Shown one piece after another: positions 10,915 through 25,440 of a stretch of 64,000 nucleotides of DNA. This stretch comes from Eledone cirrhosa (Eukaryota). The notes under the pieces were generated by a model. The model ran no database searches and had not been told where the DNA came from. It worked only from the letters and a program-made list of their open reading frames with translations. Position numbers and translations under genes: made by a program. The DNA is taken from contig OZ024743.1 in the NCBI GenBank assembly GCA_964016885.1, positions 187,116,001-187,180,000 of the forward strand, given 5' to 3'. The stretch's first letter is position 1, and every line of letters starts with the position of its first letter.

Positions 10915-12627
10915 CATACATAGATATATATATAATCTTACCTATAGTCTTGAAACTAAAAGATAACAGAAGTATCTAATTTACACTAGATCTCTCTTGG
11001 CCAGTTCAATGCAATATAACCTAAATAGAAACAAAGCAACTGTGTATACCAGTGATAAATAACAACCAATATATTTGATACCTCTGTTAGAATTTTGAAA
11101 ACTTTCCTAAAGGTTATAGCAGAGATATTTATATTTTCGGGAAATTGCTTATTTTGCTTTCCTATCTTAGAAACAACAAATTAATAAAATCAATTAATGT
11201 AGCTTGTCTTTTCTTACAATTTTATTTCTTGTTTTCTTTGTATGTGTGCATCTGTGTTTGTTCATGAGTGTGTGAAAGAATGAGTGAGTGAGAACAGGTG
11301 AAAAGTTTGATATTGTTGATAATAAATAGGTCATGGGTTTTACATAAACAAATCTTAATGGTATTTACTAATGAAATCTTAGTCATTAAAATGAATACAA
11401 ATATTATTGTATTTAATTTAAATAAATACTGATGCTATAAATTTGTTATGAGATAATAAGAGTGTGGCTGAGATACATATTAACTGGTAAAATAAATAAA
11501 GTTGTTTCTAGTTACAAATAGCCAAATTTTCTCTATGGAGAAACAATAGTGTCTCTTGCTAAATTCAAACCCTTGCAAATCATAAATGTATATGGGTGAA
11601 ATATTGGTTATAATGAGACACTACTGTCTGATAATGTAGACAATATAAATGATGTTTGTGTTATTTATGTGTATCACAGGCTTCTGGGTTCAAATCAACT
11701 CTTCAACCTCTTTGGCAAGTGTCCTCCACCACAGCTTTTGATTGATTGTAACTTTGAGTTGTTATTATTCCATAATCTCAGGTAAGATTGAGAGAAATTT
11801 AGTTGTTATTTCTAACACGTTCAGTGATTATGTAAAGGCTCTCACATGAACATGTTGAATCAAACATAGTTATGTGATTTTCTCAGAGACATCGTCTAGT
11901 GACTGTAATAGTAACATGGCATATGATAGCAAAGCAAACTTCTTAATTACCTGGCCTGGTCCAAGGCTGCTTTTAGTGAAATATAGTCTGTTGCAAATAT
12001 ACAAACTCAGTTCTTAATTTAAGGATAATTTGATATCTTCATGCACTTCTTCTTACACAGGAGTTATAATTTTATCTTACTTTTGTATTACCTGTCTAAG
12101 AGGACATGGAATTATCATCATCATCATTTAAAGTCCATTTGCTTGCTAGCAAGGGTTGCATGTATTGTTACAGACCAAGTCAGCACTCAAGTTGTGCTAT
12201 TGACCTCTCAAATGAGTTATGGGCCTACTTTTTATCTACATATATTATTGCATTCTAGATGGGCTGGGGACCTTTATCTTACTTACCAAGTGCATTTTGT
12301 TGTGGTACCATTGTTTATTAACTTTGAGTTAGTAACTACTATTATCAGTGGTTGGCTGAAGCAATTGACACTTCCTACTTACAATTCATTGTGTATATTC
12401 CGGTTGGAGAAAAATGAAGCTCTGCCGCATTTAAATTCAGAATTTAAAAGGGATGTAAATAATGCAAATAAGTAAAAGCCCCAGGGATTATTGGCTTTGA
12501 AAGTGATAATGATGGAGCACTGCTACTAAAATCCAATAATTAATGGGTTGTGTGGCACATCCATCATTGTTACTGACACAAGACAGCAGAAGAACAACAA
12601 AGATATTCTTTATCACATTGCTCTGTT

Positions 12628-12667
12628 ATACTACTACTGCTGCTGATGCTACTACTACCACCACCAT

Positions 12668-12713
<46 letters not shown>

Positions 12714-12760
12714 GCTGTTGCTGCTGTTGTTGCTGCTGCTGCCACTACTGCTTCTACTAC
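12628..12760. repeat. (TAC)n/(TGC)n trinucleotide microsatellite
   Basis: Directly visible. Confidence 0.9.
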
Positions 12761-12779
12761 ATTGAGTCCAGTACTTTAA

Positions 12780-12999
12780 CCCTTTAGCATTTGCATTACT
12801 CTATATTTACTATTTTATTTTCATGGTAAACACTTTATCTCATATAAGTATCTCACATAATATCGAATCTATGGGATTTTGATATTATATATTTTGAGAA
12901 CAATACCTTATCATAAGTATGAGTGGCTGGTTATGGCCAGTTTGAACAGAGAAAGGTGAGAGAATTCTGGCCAGTTATGGCCAGTTTAATTCTAAAGGG
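12780..12999. mobile_element. piggyBac-like MITE
   Basis: TTAA|CCCTTTAGCATTT ... TAATTCTAAAGGG|TTAA: TTAA target duplication and CCC/GGG terminal inverted repeats. Confidence 0.82.
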
Positions 13000-13139
13000 T
13001 TAATGTTAATTATATTAACCCTCTCAAAAGGATGAATTACAAAATCAAATCCAACAAAATGAGAACTCATAATATAAGTGCAAGTCAGTTTGTTCAACCT
13101 GACTCTCTAGAGATTCCACTCTACTGCAATAATTATTAT

Positions 13140-13275
13140 AATAATTGTTTCTATTTTCTGCACAAGGCCAGCAATTATCCCAGTGCATTACTTGTGCTTT
13201 ATTTTATCGACGCCTTAAGTATGAAAGGCAAAGTTAACCTCAGCGGGATTTGAACACAGACCATAAAGTGACGTA
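13140..13275 (-). mobile_element. 5'-truncated SINE
   Basis: Family core on the minus strand. Confidence 0.8.
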
Positions 13276-16200
13276 ATAATAATAATAACAACAACAGCAA
13301 TCTAATTGCAAGGACTTATTCACATTATACAGAAAATAGAATAGCTAGGCACAGCATATGAATTACATACAATGCCTTCAATACTATAAAAAATACAAAC
13401 CAAATCATGCATGGACCGAATGTACGCTTGGCTGTTATATTATAAATACTATAATATATATATAATAGTATTTATAAGATAATAAAATGGCTGACTAAAT
13501 ACATGCAAGCTTTCCTCCTGTAAAAACACCTTTCCTGTTTCTTCCTATTTTTACTCAATTGCTTTTTTAAATCAATTTCTTCTATCACTTATTCTATTTT
13601 CCGATGAAGGACTAACATTTGAAATGTTAAGACTTTTCTTTTACTATATCATGTGTGAAAGTATATATTATCATTGTACTGTATTGGTCACTTCTGTTGA
13701 TTTTCTTTGTTGACTTTTCATACATAGATCCCCCCTCCCCTATATATATTTATATATATATATATATATATACAAAGATTTATAAGCCTTTGGTTTCCTA
13801 TGAATATTTTTTCTAAACTATGATTTATAATAATTGACTGTGGTTAAAACTATTTTCTGCATTTCGGAGTCCTGGTTTTTCTCTGAATTTCAAATTTAAC
13901 CAACAATTTGATAATTTATATATATAAATGTTGTTCTCAAACAAAAACTGTGCACATAGCTTTCTATTTCAGATGGAAAATGTTGTTAGAGACTGTCATT
14001 TAACTCAGTAGCTAGAGCACTGTTAATCGTCTCTAGGGTTATTTTCATCATTTCTAAGTTATCCTAGCATGGAAGATGGACGTTAAACGAAGATGATGAT
14101 GATGATGATGAGTAATTAAATGTGGTTACAGTTATTTTCTACATTTTGAATTCCTACATTATATATATATATATATATCTTTGTATGTGTGCGTGTGTGT
14201 GTGTTAGACTGAGTTGAACATGGGTATAGAAATGTACTGGAAGTAAAATATGTTTTAGTCTTGATTAACTATATATTCTATTCTTTATTTAAGATAGCTT
14301 CAATACCTTACCACTGACAATGTATTGGAATTTCCTCATCTATTGCCTATTTTGCTTATTCAGTTAAGTGTGTATTTTATTTTTGTTCATTAAATTTTCT
14401 GTAAGTGATGCAATGCAATTAAGTGAAATCAAAAATATAAGTTTCTAGTTGCATGTTTACACTCGTGTGTGTACATGATTTTATGTGCCTGTGATCACTT
14501 TACAAATGTGCATCTGTTTTGTTCTGTCCTGACTAAAAAATAGAAAACATACTAAAATTGGAAATGTTCACTTGGTTTGAACTCTTGTATCTTGATCATT
14601 ATTCCAGCACCTTAACCATTGAAGCATCAGACTTTTGCACATACAATGTGTCAGAATTTTCATTTTTATTTTTATTTTACACTTGATAGATTGAATTAGC
14701 TCACTGTTAGTTGGGAATGGACTCACAGCTATAGTCCTATAGATGATTTATCTTACCAGTCAAATCTCCAACAATATGTAATGCACCATGTATGACAGTT
14801 GCTGTACACCTAATATCAAATAAGTCTATCACATGTAAAATAGAAAAAAATGGTGAAATACTCTGAAACTTTTTATACATAAAAACTAATTTATCTATGT
14901 TCATTAGATTACTTTCTCACTGATAATGTAAAACTTATAAACACTAGCATATTATTAATAGACTAATGCTTTTCTGGCACCTTCCTCCTTCAGACAAGGA
15001 CTAGATAGAATAGGCAGGAGTTATTTTCTATAAAATTTGTTATAGTTTTATTGCTTTTTATTCAGATTCTACATTTATTTACCTTTCCTATCTTTAAATC
15101 TGGTTTGTTTTGGATATATGAATGCCAGTAGCCATTGATAAAGACAGTGAAGCATTTATCTCGCAAACATTTATGATTGTTCATGCATCATAGCATTAAT
15201 TTTCTTAGCGTTATTCTTTTATCATCTGTTTGTTAAATTGTGATATTCAAGAACATTTAAAAAATAATGTTTTATTTTCGATGTTATTTAGAATCAACAG
15301 TTAGAAAGTTAGGGTTTAGTTTTTCTCAGAGACATTTCTAAAATGTTTTCAGAAATATTTAAAGAGATCAATTCATTAATCTCAAGTCAAAGTCTCTTGT
15401 TTTATAAATCATTCACACTCATACATATTACTAAGAAGACAACAAAAGCTAAGTTAATAATGTTGGAGTTTAAAATTAAAATTGCCAGGCACTGTACTAG
15501 ATTCTATAAAGTATTAAGACTACTCACTACTACATGTACATGGTAGGTCGCTCAACTTGCTTAAAACAGCAGCCAAATATCTCTCAAACCTCACAGCTTT
15601 AAAAAAGGGTCACACTGTAAAATGTAGCTCTTGATAGACAAAACGAAATCATGATAGTCATGATTGGAAAACATTTTAGTTGGAGTTTAACAATCACAAC
15701 TGCTTCAACACTATAAGTCTTTAACTGCTAATGAAATAAAATTAAAGCAATCATCAACAAATAAGATTTTGGACATCATCATTCCTACCATTAATATTAG
15801 CCTCATCATCACCATTTTACGTTCCATTTTCCATGCTTGCATCGGTTTGACAGGTCTTTTCTTGCACAACATCCCCCACATTTAGTTCTAAAAGCAGTAT
15901 ATATGTTATAACAAGTTATTAAACTTTACTTCAAACTCCCATTCTAAATCAGAAAATGTGAACATTTTGCTGCATTAATACACTTACACAATTCTTTTGT
16001 CTATGAAGATACATAATCCTTCCTATTAATAATTTGTGAAGGTGTCATTCATTATTTAAATAATAAGTAAACACTGGAAATTTAAGAAATATTATGTGAA
16101 TTTCATTCCATTGTAAAGAGATTTACCTTCACTCTGTATTATATGTTGTTCAGCTTTTGAACAAGCAAATCCATATTCAAAGGTGTTCCAGTAATGATTC

Positions 16201-16989
16201 TATATAATTTTTTTTTTTTAGCTTATATGAAATTTTGTATAGGCACATTGAGCTGTTACCTATAGAAATCTGCTTTTTTTCACTGATGTAGTTTTAAAAT
16301 GTTGTCAGGTCATATGTAAATGTAACCATAATTTGTTATACTGTAAGTAATTGTGACAGTTGAATGTTACATATAAATAAGCTGTGGACTATTTATTTCA
16401 TGTAGGAAACATAACTTTTAAAATTCCGATTCTAATAGATATGCACTATTATGAGTTGAACGATCATGCTCTGCTTTTATTCAAACAATTTTTAAACTTT
16501 ATTTCTTGGTCTTTCTATGGAATATGGATGTTTGATTTTCTTGCTACTTGATTTTTCATTGATTTTGCCATGCTGGCATCGGATGGATAGGCTTTTTTTG
16601 AGGTAATATTTTACAGCCAAATGACTCCATTTCTTTTAGCCACATCTTATGAAAATACTGCTTTTGGGGACCCAGTGAAGCCACCTGTGAGAGTAGACTT
16701 TTCATGGCACCACCACTACCACCTTAAAAGTGAATTGTAGAATTTTTGTCTGGGCACCAGTACACTCTATATATATCATAATCATCATCATTTCATCATT
16801 TCGTTTTTACGTCCACTTTTTTCCTGCTTGCAAGGGTGGGACGGGAACTGATTCTGGCTTGATTTCTACAGCTGGATGCCCTTCCTAGCACCAACCTCAT
16901 TTACAGTGAGTGGTGGGTCCTTTTTTGCCGTGGCACCTCCACGACCACTTTGCAGTGGAATGATATGGACCCCAGTCCTATCATCTCAT

Positions 16990-17288
<299 letters not shown>

Positions 17289-17524
17289 AGGGAGAGAGAT
17301 ATATAATGAGTACTTGATTCATCTATTGTTTTATGATCATTTCGAGAAGAAAATTATTGAAAAACATATCTTCTCTCCTGTCTATCCTCAGACTATATAT
17401 AAATATTACACACAGTAGATGGACAGCTCACGTAGAGTTTGCTCGACGGTTACAGTTGTAGTTCCAAAAGTAATCCGGAGAAAAATAGAAGGATTTAAAT
17501 GGATACAGTTTAGTTAAAAGGAAT

Positions 17525-17645
17525 TTATTGACACGTGTTTCAATAACAGTTACATAACCTGAAAACAGCTGCTATCTACAAAGTATTAGTTATGCAGACA
17601 TTCAATATTTCAATGTTATTATCAACTGTCATTTCATCAGAATAA
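17525..17645 (-). ncRNA. Type I hammerhead ribozyme with a long stem II insertion
   Basis: TTATT-CTGATGA-AATGACAGTT..AACTGTTATT-GAAA-CACGTG-TC-AATAA. All core positions are present. Confidence 0.8.
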
Positions 17646-18168
17646 TTTTACTGAGGACCTGTTTGGTTTTTATAGAGAATATTAGGAGGGAGGGGTGAAG
17701 TTGTTAGAAGAATAGTTGAGGGAGTGGTTTTTTGATAGCAGTGAGAATTTTTGGTGGCAATGAGTAATTAGATTCTCATCTGTTGTTTTGACATTTTTAT
17801 AGAATATATTATTGGTTATTTTTCTAAATCCATAGAAGGATTAGAGATAGTATAGATATGCATGATTGGTTTTGTGTTTGCACTTAATTAATATTCAGAC
17901 TTAAATTTTTCTTTCAAGTGTACGTATCCTTTCGCCCACGCATTCACACACAAACATATATGCACACCTCTACAAAATACATATACTCACATACACATAC
18001 TTACATGCTCATACTTACATACATATACACATGCACATATATATATATATATATATATACATATATACATGTACATACATACGCATTCATGTGTATACAT
18101 TTTCATACTCAACTAATCTTTATATATACACGTATAGACACACACATATATACATACATACTCCAGTC

Positions 18169-18207
<39 letters not shown>

Positions 18208-18482
18208 ACTTTAATACATGAATACACTTACATCTAACTATACACATCAAACATATATATATATTTACTTATTTATATACATTTTCACATATATATACAT
18301 ACATATCGTCGCTTTTAGACACATTCATTATAGCATATTCGCACCTATTCTCATCAGCATATATTTCCATTATTAGTGTGGTAATTTAAGGTTATTAATA
18401 TACATATATATGTTGAGAAGTGATTGTTTTTATATTTTTCTAACTAGATTGAGGTTTATATAGTTGGGGGGATGTCCCTCTT

Positions 18483-19968
18483 TTATGTAATATTCAGCTT
18501 GTAGTGGGAAAAAAGGGTTTTAGTTCGGTGACGGCAGAATAATGTTCGTTCAATTCTGTTATTAAGCAATTTCTTCTTGTGTGTGATTATGTAATAAATC
18601 TCAAGATTACACAATTTTCAGAAATTTTGGCTCCTGGAAAAGCTTTGGGTTTTAGCTAATTTCTCCCATTTTAGGGTAAACTTTTGATCGCTATCCCTGA
18701 GCGTCCAAGCTTTTTCTGCTAAAGTTGTTACATTTCTTTGGCTCTAGTGTTTTATTGAGTAATAATGCCTATATAATCGAGATTTAAACGATGTTGCCGT
18801 TGATCCCACGTAATACCACTCGTTGCCTCCGGATTTAATGGTACACTTATAAATGATATTTTTTTCCAGGCAGTTATTGCCGAGGGGGCAGTTGTCAGGA
18901 TAGGTGCAGTTACAGTTGTGTACGTTGGGTTTTCTCTGGAGTAGTATTGCGGACGAACTTAGGTGTGGTTTATTTATGTTCTGTAGTGTATTGTCTACTG
19001 TTTTTTTTGTGTTCTTTGTACTTAAGTTTTTAGTGTTTTCGTTTAACCTTCTAGTATTGATCTTTTTTATGTGTTGTTCAAAATTTAACGCTGTAGAGTA
19101 TGACAGTCTTATAGTGGTAGGGTTTAGGATTTTGTGGTATTTGTGTGATGTAGGAAAATGTCTCTTAATTATTTTAAAGAAGAGTACTGGTAAATTTGTA
19201 CTAATGGAACTATTGTATTCAGGGTTATACCATAAGTACTCTTTGCATCGCTTCCTATTAGTTTTGTTTGTTGGTTTACTGGTGTGTATACTATGGTAGT
19301 AAGTGTGGTTTGGTGTTGTGTTATTATATCTACCTATGTGGGATTTATTTTGGGTGTTTTGATTGTTCTCATCTATATACTCTATTTTGTTGATGTAGCC
19401 TGCTTTACTAAGGGCGTTATCGTAGTACTCGGCGTGTTCTTTAAATACTTGTATGTTAGAAGATAGACCCGAGATTCTAAGGGAAATATTTTTAGGGATA
19501 GATTTAATTATAGAGATGGGGTGGTTAGACCCAACATTTACGTACTTGAGATTTTCATTCAAGTTATGAAACGGTTTAATCAGACCAGAGTTTAAATTGA
19601 GTGTGACATCTATGAAGTTAACTACTTTAAGGTTGTATTCATATGTTATAGTTAGTCCTATTTCGAGTAGTAGTTTTCTTATATCTTTGCGTAGTTTTTC
19701 TAGTTTTTGGTTATTTAGGTTTTTAACTAGGAGGAGAACATCGTCGCGGTATATTCCACCGTGGAGATTGCTGAATTTTTCCTGGAGTCTAAAGGCGATA
19801 AATAACCCCACAATATCAGTTATTTCCGCCGAATCGTTAGAGCCCGTTGTTTTGTCAAAGTTAGAGGGTCTTTCTTTACGAACCCAATAACTGTTCTCAA
19901 ATTTGACTATAGTTTTCCTAGCTTCTAATATAATCTTAATTTCATCGTTTGTAAGGTCAGAGCTATCC
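18483..19968 (-). pseudogene. 5'-truncated Penelope RT plus C-terminal GIY-YIG endonuclease
   Basis: FDKTTGSNDSAEITDIVGLF..GIYRDD..NFIDVTLNL..SNHP..WYNPEY..CNC..CPLGNNC..NIIYKC..YYVGST..FKSR, then LNNRIE..CRHRTK after disruptions. ORF track 18744-19811. Confidence 0.92.
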
Positions 19969-20300
19969 TTATTCTGCCGTCACCGAACTAAAACCCTTTT
20001 TTCCCACTACAAGCTGAATATTACATAAAAGAGGGACATCCCCCCAACTATATAAACCTCAATCTAGTTAGAAAAATATAAAAACAATCTCTTCTCAACA
20101 TATATGTATATTAATAACCTTAAATTACCACACTAATAATGGAAAGATATGCTGATGAGAATAGGTGCGAATATTATGATATAATGAATGTGTCTAAAAG
20201 CGACCATATGTATGTATATATATGTGAAAATGTATATAAATAAGTAAATATATATATATGTTTGATGTGTATAGTTTGATGGAAGTGTATTCATGTATTA

Positions 20301-20362
<62 letters not shown>

Positions 20363-21029
20363 TAGACTGGAGTATGTATGTATATATGTGTGTGTCTATA
20401 CGTGTGTATATAAAGATAAGTTGAGTATGAAAATGTATACACATGGATGCGTATGTATGCACATGTATATATGTATATATATGTATATATATATGTGCAT
20501 GTGTATATGTATGTAAGTATGAGCATGTAAGTATGTGTATGTGAGTATATGTATTTTGTAGAGGTGTGCATATATGTTTGTGTGTGAATGCGTGGGCAAA
20601 AGGATACGTACACTTGAAAGAAAAATTTAAGTCTGAATGTTAATTAAGTGCAAACACAAAACCAACCATGCATATCTATACTATCTCTAATCCTTCTATA
20701 GATTTAGAAAAATAACCAATAATATATTCTATAAAAATGTCAAAACAACAGATGGGAATCTAATTACTCACTGCCACCAAAAATTCTCAGTGCTATCAAA
20801 AAACCACTCCCTCAATTATTCTTCTAACAACTTCACCCCTCCCTCCTAATATTCTCTATAAAAATCAAACAGGTCCTCAGTAAAATTAGTTGATAATAAC
20901 ATTGAAATATTGAATGTCTGCATAACTAATACTTTGTAGATAGCAGCTGTTTTCAGGTTATGTAACTGTTATTGAAACACGTGTCAATAAATTCCTTTTA
21001 ACTAAACTGTATCCTTTTAAATCTAAGCA

Positions 21030-22061
21030 TATGTTTTGTTTATACCTTTACTTATTTGCATAGGTAAGTATATATTACCCGTATGTTTTGTGAAGGTACG
21101 TATACCTTCTCGTACGTATATTTGATTGTTATGGCGTATAATTTTTTAATATATTCTGGTACATATGGTTCGGCTATGTGTATACGGGTGTTTTGTCTGT
21201 GTGAGTATGCAGGTTCGTACGTATGTAGGGCGTGTGTATATGTGTACTTCATGTTTTGGTTGACTTACGTCTCCGAATAGTCGTGTATTTACTTGTAGGT
21301 ATGTGCGTGCGCTTGTTATATACGTATTTATTTATTTATATACGTTTATATAATTATTTATTTATTTGTATACACGCATACACACACACACATATTTATA
21401 TGTGCGTGGTTTTGTTTACCTATGGTAAGTTTTTGCGTATGCTTGTGTATGTACGTATTTGTTTGCGTGTATGTATTTATTTATTTCTATTACTTCTGTA
21501 TTGTATTTATTTACTTTGTTCTTAACTCTGTAGCGGAGATTCATTCGGTCTCCTAGTTAGAATTTTAGTCTACGACTTCTGCTATACCATTTACGTGGTT
21601 TTGTCTTTGCGTGCTATTGTTCTCCACGCTCCACTTATGACGTATTATCTTCGTTTTTTTCGTTCATTGCCAGAGAACGTCTCTATGCACCACCTAAGAG
21701 AACATTAGTCTACGACCTCTTTTATACCATAAACGTGGTTCTGTCTTTGCGCGTAATTGTTTTTCACCGCTCCTATTAATGACGTATCTTATTCGTTTTT
21801 TCCCGTTCTTTGCCAGCGAACGTTTCCACGAACCAAAGTATCGTCTTCCTGTCTTCCTCCGGTTGCAACGTTTTTTGAAATATCCAGTTCTGCGTTTACA
21901 GATTGACTTTGTTAGTTTCAGAAGATCCCGTTAAGGGTGAAAGCAGCGATTCTTTGCTTAAACTTTAATCTGTTATTTTAATAAATATTTGCTCTACGGT
22001 TCTTATATATTTGATATATATTTATCCTTATCGAGCCCTCTTTGGATTTTAGTCTTCAAAT

Positions 22062-22062
<1 letters not shown>
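21030..22062 (+). mobile_element. PLE-type 3' UTR remnant with a ~140-bp tandem duplication and a degenerate hammerhead (21915-21963)
   Basis: TTAGTCTACGAC.. units near 21565 and 21705. GTTT-CAGAAGA-T-CCC/GGG-T-GAAA-GCA..TGC-TT-AAAC. Ends in (TAT)n/(TA)n. Homolog at 4577-5800. Confidence 0.6.
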
Positions 22063-22290
<228 letters not shown>

Positions 22291-22291
22291 A

Positions 22292-23145
22292 CTAGCTGAA
22301 TTACTCGGCATACATAAACAATAAATATGAAGATATGTTTTTTTTTCTCATAATTATTTCTAAATGTTTATATTTTATTAAAGAATATCAAAATTGTAAT
22401 GATAATAGAATTTAGAAATGAAAAAATGTCAATCTTGAAGCGAAGCACCTTAGGGTAAATAATATTCATTGTGTAATTCATGTAAGTGTAGATGTGTGTG
22501 TGTATTTAATAACGTACCTAATGAACGCGCAAATACACACACTCACTGACACATACATATTCATATACAAAATGTGACGTCCTATTGTTTTAATCCAAAT
22601 GAAAATAAAAATTATCACACATACACATATACTAAAACTGACACACACATATATACATTCACACACACCTGTCTGTCATCACATATGTATCCGTTTGTGT
22701 AGATCTGTGTGCACACTCGTATACAAAATCTGACATTGTCGTGGTGGTGGTTTACTATAGTTGACTAAAGAAAATATCATTATGATAGTCAACACACATA
22801 TACTCACACACATTATGTGTATGTATGTGTAGATGTGTGAGTATTTAATTCTCTGAGGCCTAACATACATAACAAACAAACACACACTCACAGACACATA
22901 CACACTCATATACAAAATGTGAGTCGTCATCGTGGTGATGGTGATTTACTTTAGTTGACTATAAAAATATTATTTTAGTTAAAATCTTATATTGTTTTAA
23001 TCTAAATGAAAATAAAAATTACATATTGACACTCCTGGGTTCTAATATTATTAACCTTGTAAAATTTGATTTAATTTGGTCCAACCGTTAGAGAATGCAT
23101 AGAAACAGACAGACAGACAGACGAAGAATTTTATATATAGAGAGA
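22292..23145 (-). mobile_element. Non-autonomous Helitron-like element
   Basis: Minus strand starts A|TC(TC)TATATA..(CTGT)n and ends GCCGAGTA..GCTAG|T: 5'-TC, 3'-CTAG, A/T target, no TSD. Internal imperfect tandem repeats. Confidence 0.7.
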
Positions 23146-23306
23146 TATACACTATAGGAAAATTTTGTGTGTATGTATATATGTATGTGTGTATGTTTGT
23201 TTGAGTGTAAGTGCATATGCATGTAGGTTTGTATGTTATATGTATATATATATGTATGTACATATGTGTACGTATGTATCTATGTATGTACTTACATATG
23301 TATGCA

Positions 23307-23337
<31 letters not shown>

Positions 23338-23652
23338 GTATATGCGTGTGTACATATGTATGTATATCTATATATATATATGTATGCTTCACGTATGTGT
23401 GTAAATGTATATGTATTTATATATATGTACACATGTTTATGCATGTGGATGGATGTACATGACTGGAATACCATCTATATATATATCAAGGATATACATA
23501 TCCACATGTTTATGCATGTATGTATGCACTCATGTATGTGTGTGAATGTATATGTATTTATATGTGTGTAATGTAACTATGTGTATGCGTGTGTATGTAT
23601 ATATGAACTCATGTATGTTCCCATCCAACCAAATTTATATGGTTATAATAAC

Positions 23653-23838
23653 TGTTTCTACTTTAAGCACAAGGCCAGCAAATTACCCAGTGCATTACTG
23701 GTACTTTATTTTATCGACCCCGTAAGGATGAAAGGCAAAGTCAACCTCGGCGGGATTTGAACTCAGATCGTAAAGGGACGTAACTATGCGGGAAAGCATG
23801 GCGTCCGACCCTCTACCGATACTGCCAATCCACCGCCC
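23653..23838 (-). mobile_element. Full-length SINE with a 17-bp TSD
   Basis: TATATGGTTATAATAAC at 23636-23652 and 23839-23855. Confidence 0.92.
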
Positions 23839-24051
23839 TATATGGTTATAATAACAATTAATAATTATGGCACATAAGTACAACTGTATATTGTGGTTAA
23901 CTTATTATTACTATTTTTTTTATTCTTATTTTATTTACAGCCTACCTTCATCTTAGGTACATAGCTTACTATGTAACTCATAAACGATGACTTCGGTAGT
24001 TTCCGCCCGCTTTCGTAATCGTTAACAAGTCATGTTATATATACACACGCA

Positions 24052-24192
<141 letters not shown>

Positions 24193-24327
24193 ACAGACAC
24201 ACACATATATATATACACGTGCACACACATATATATATATATATATACCAATGTTGCATGGTATAAATAAAAAATCAAATATGATTGTGAATTGCGCACA
24301 TGGAGTGGAAACATAGGTTGTAGTGTG

Positions 24328-24578
24328 TGTTGTTAGAAAAAGCTATCTCACTTACCGCTTTTCACAGGCGCCGCTAAATTCCACTGCAGGTACTCCTCTT
24401 CCACGTGCGTCCGACTGCTTAACACCGGGAGCTGCCCCAAACTCGCGTCCACACCGTATGCTGGTCACCACTAGAGAGAGGCCCTCTCCTGGCCCTTCCG
24501 GTCGAGCACTCAAAAACCCCTTCCGGTCGAGCACTCCCCCCCTCGCCTCCGGCCACCGCACGCCACACCATACCCACA
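24328..24578 (-). repeat. 3' LTR
   Basis: Near-identical to 28236-28523 apart from an indel in the ACCGGAAG repeat block. Confidence 0.95.
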
Positions 24579-24591
24579 CGCCCCCCTCATC

Positions 24592-25440
24592 TCAAGGATC
24601 AATTTCCCCCTCGTCCCTCTGCATATGAAAGTCTGCCGTCCAGGTCGGTGGTCTACGACTTCGTTGCGATCTTCGTAGTATTGGGGCAGGGCTCTGGGTT
24701 TCCTCTTCCTCGGAGTCCGTCGACACAGTGATTCTTCTTACATCCAGGACATGACGTGGTACCCCGTCTACGGACACATTGTTCTTTGAATTTACGGCCG
24801 TCACCGTTCCCCTTCCCCATTGAGATGTGCAACGTGCATCTGGGGGCTTAACCCAGACTTCTTCGCCCACCTGCACGAATGCACTCTCTCTCCCCACTGG
24901 CCGTTGTGGTGGCGTGCACGGGTGCCGCCACTCGTATTTGAATATTGCTCTATGTGGCACCGATTCCTCGACCTGTCAAACCCGAGGGGACATATTGTAC
25001 CAGAACACTGCCTCCATTGGTGAGATATGGCCCCGCTCCGCCATTGCCTTGATCGTCCGGTGGTGTCGCTCCACGATTCCATTCCCGCTCGGCCTGTGCG
25101 CCGCTCTGAAGAAACGGTCTACCTTCCATCCATCGAGCATCTCCCTCAGTGCCTCCGAGCGGAACGCTGCGCTGTTGTCCATCAGCAGTTCATCCACAGG
25201 GCCCTGCTCCAAGAACACCTCTCTCAACGTCCGCACGATTTCCTCGGCCGTTCCAGTCTTCATCTCCCTCCATATCGCCATTCGACCTGGTCCACAGTCG
25301 ACCATCGAGAGGTACGTTCCCTGCCGGTAGTGCGTCACATCCACCGCTAATCGCTTCCAGTCGCGATCCACCGGGAGGCTTCCCGTTTCGTGTACACCCG
25401 GGGCGGGATCAATGGACTGACATCGGACGCAGCCTCTAAT
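24592..25440 (-). pseudogene. Integrase, disrupted
   Basis: HHCC region, then AVDVTH..LMDNS..NGIVERHHRT (DDE). Frameshift at the C-run 25441-25449 and an in-frame TGA at 24976-24978. Confidence 0.9.

Larger units (their letters stand above)
17401..21023. mobile_element. Penelope-like element with approximately 1.05-kb inverted arms (17492-18542 / 19969-21023)
   Basis: The arms align end to end and the spacer carries RT and GIY-YIG sequence. A putative tail of about 90 nt (17401-17491) lies on the left only. Confidence 0.92.

Noticed and set aside
24976-24978. In-frame TGA in integrase as programmed read-through or selenocysteine
   Set aside because: A single nonsense mutation (e.g. GGA>TGA) is simpler, and no supporting structure was seen.
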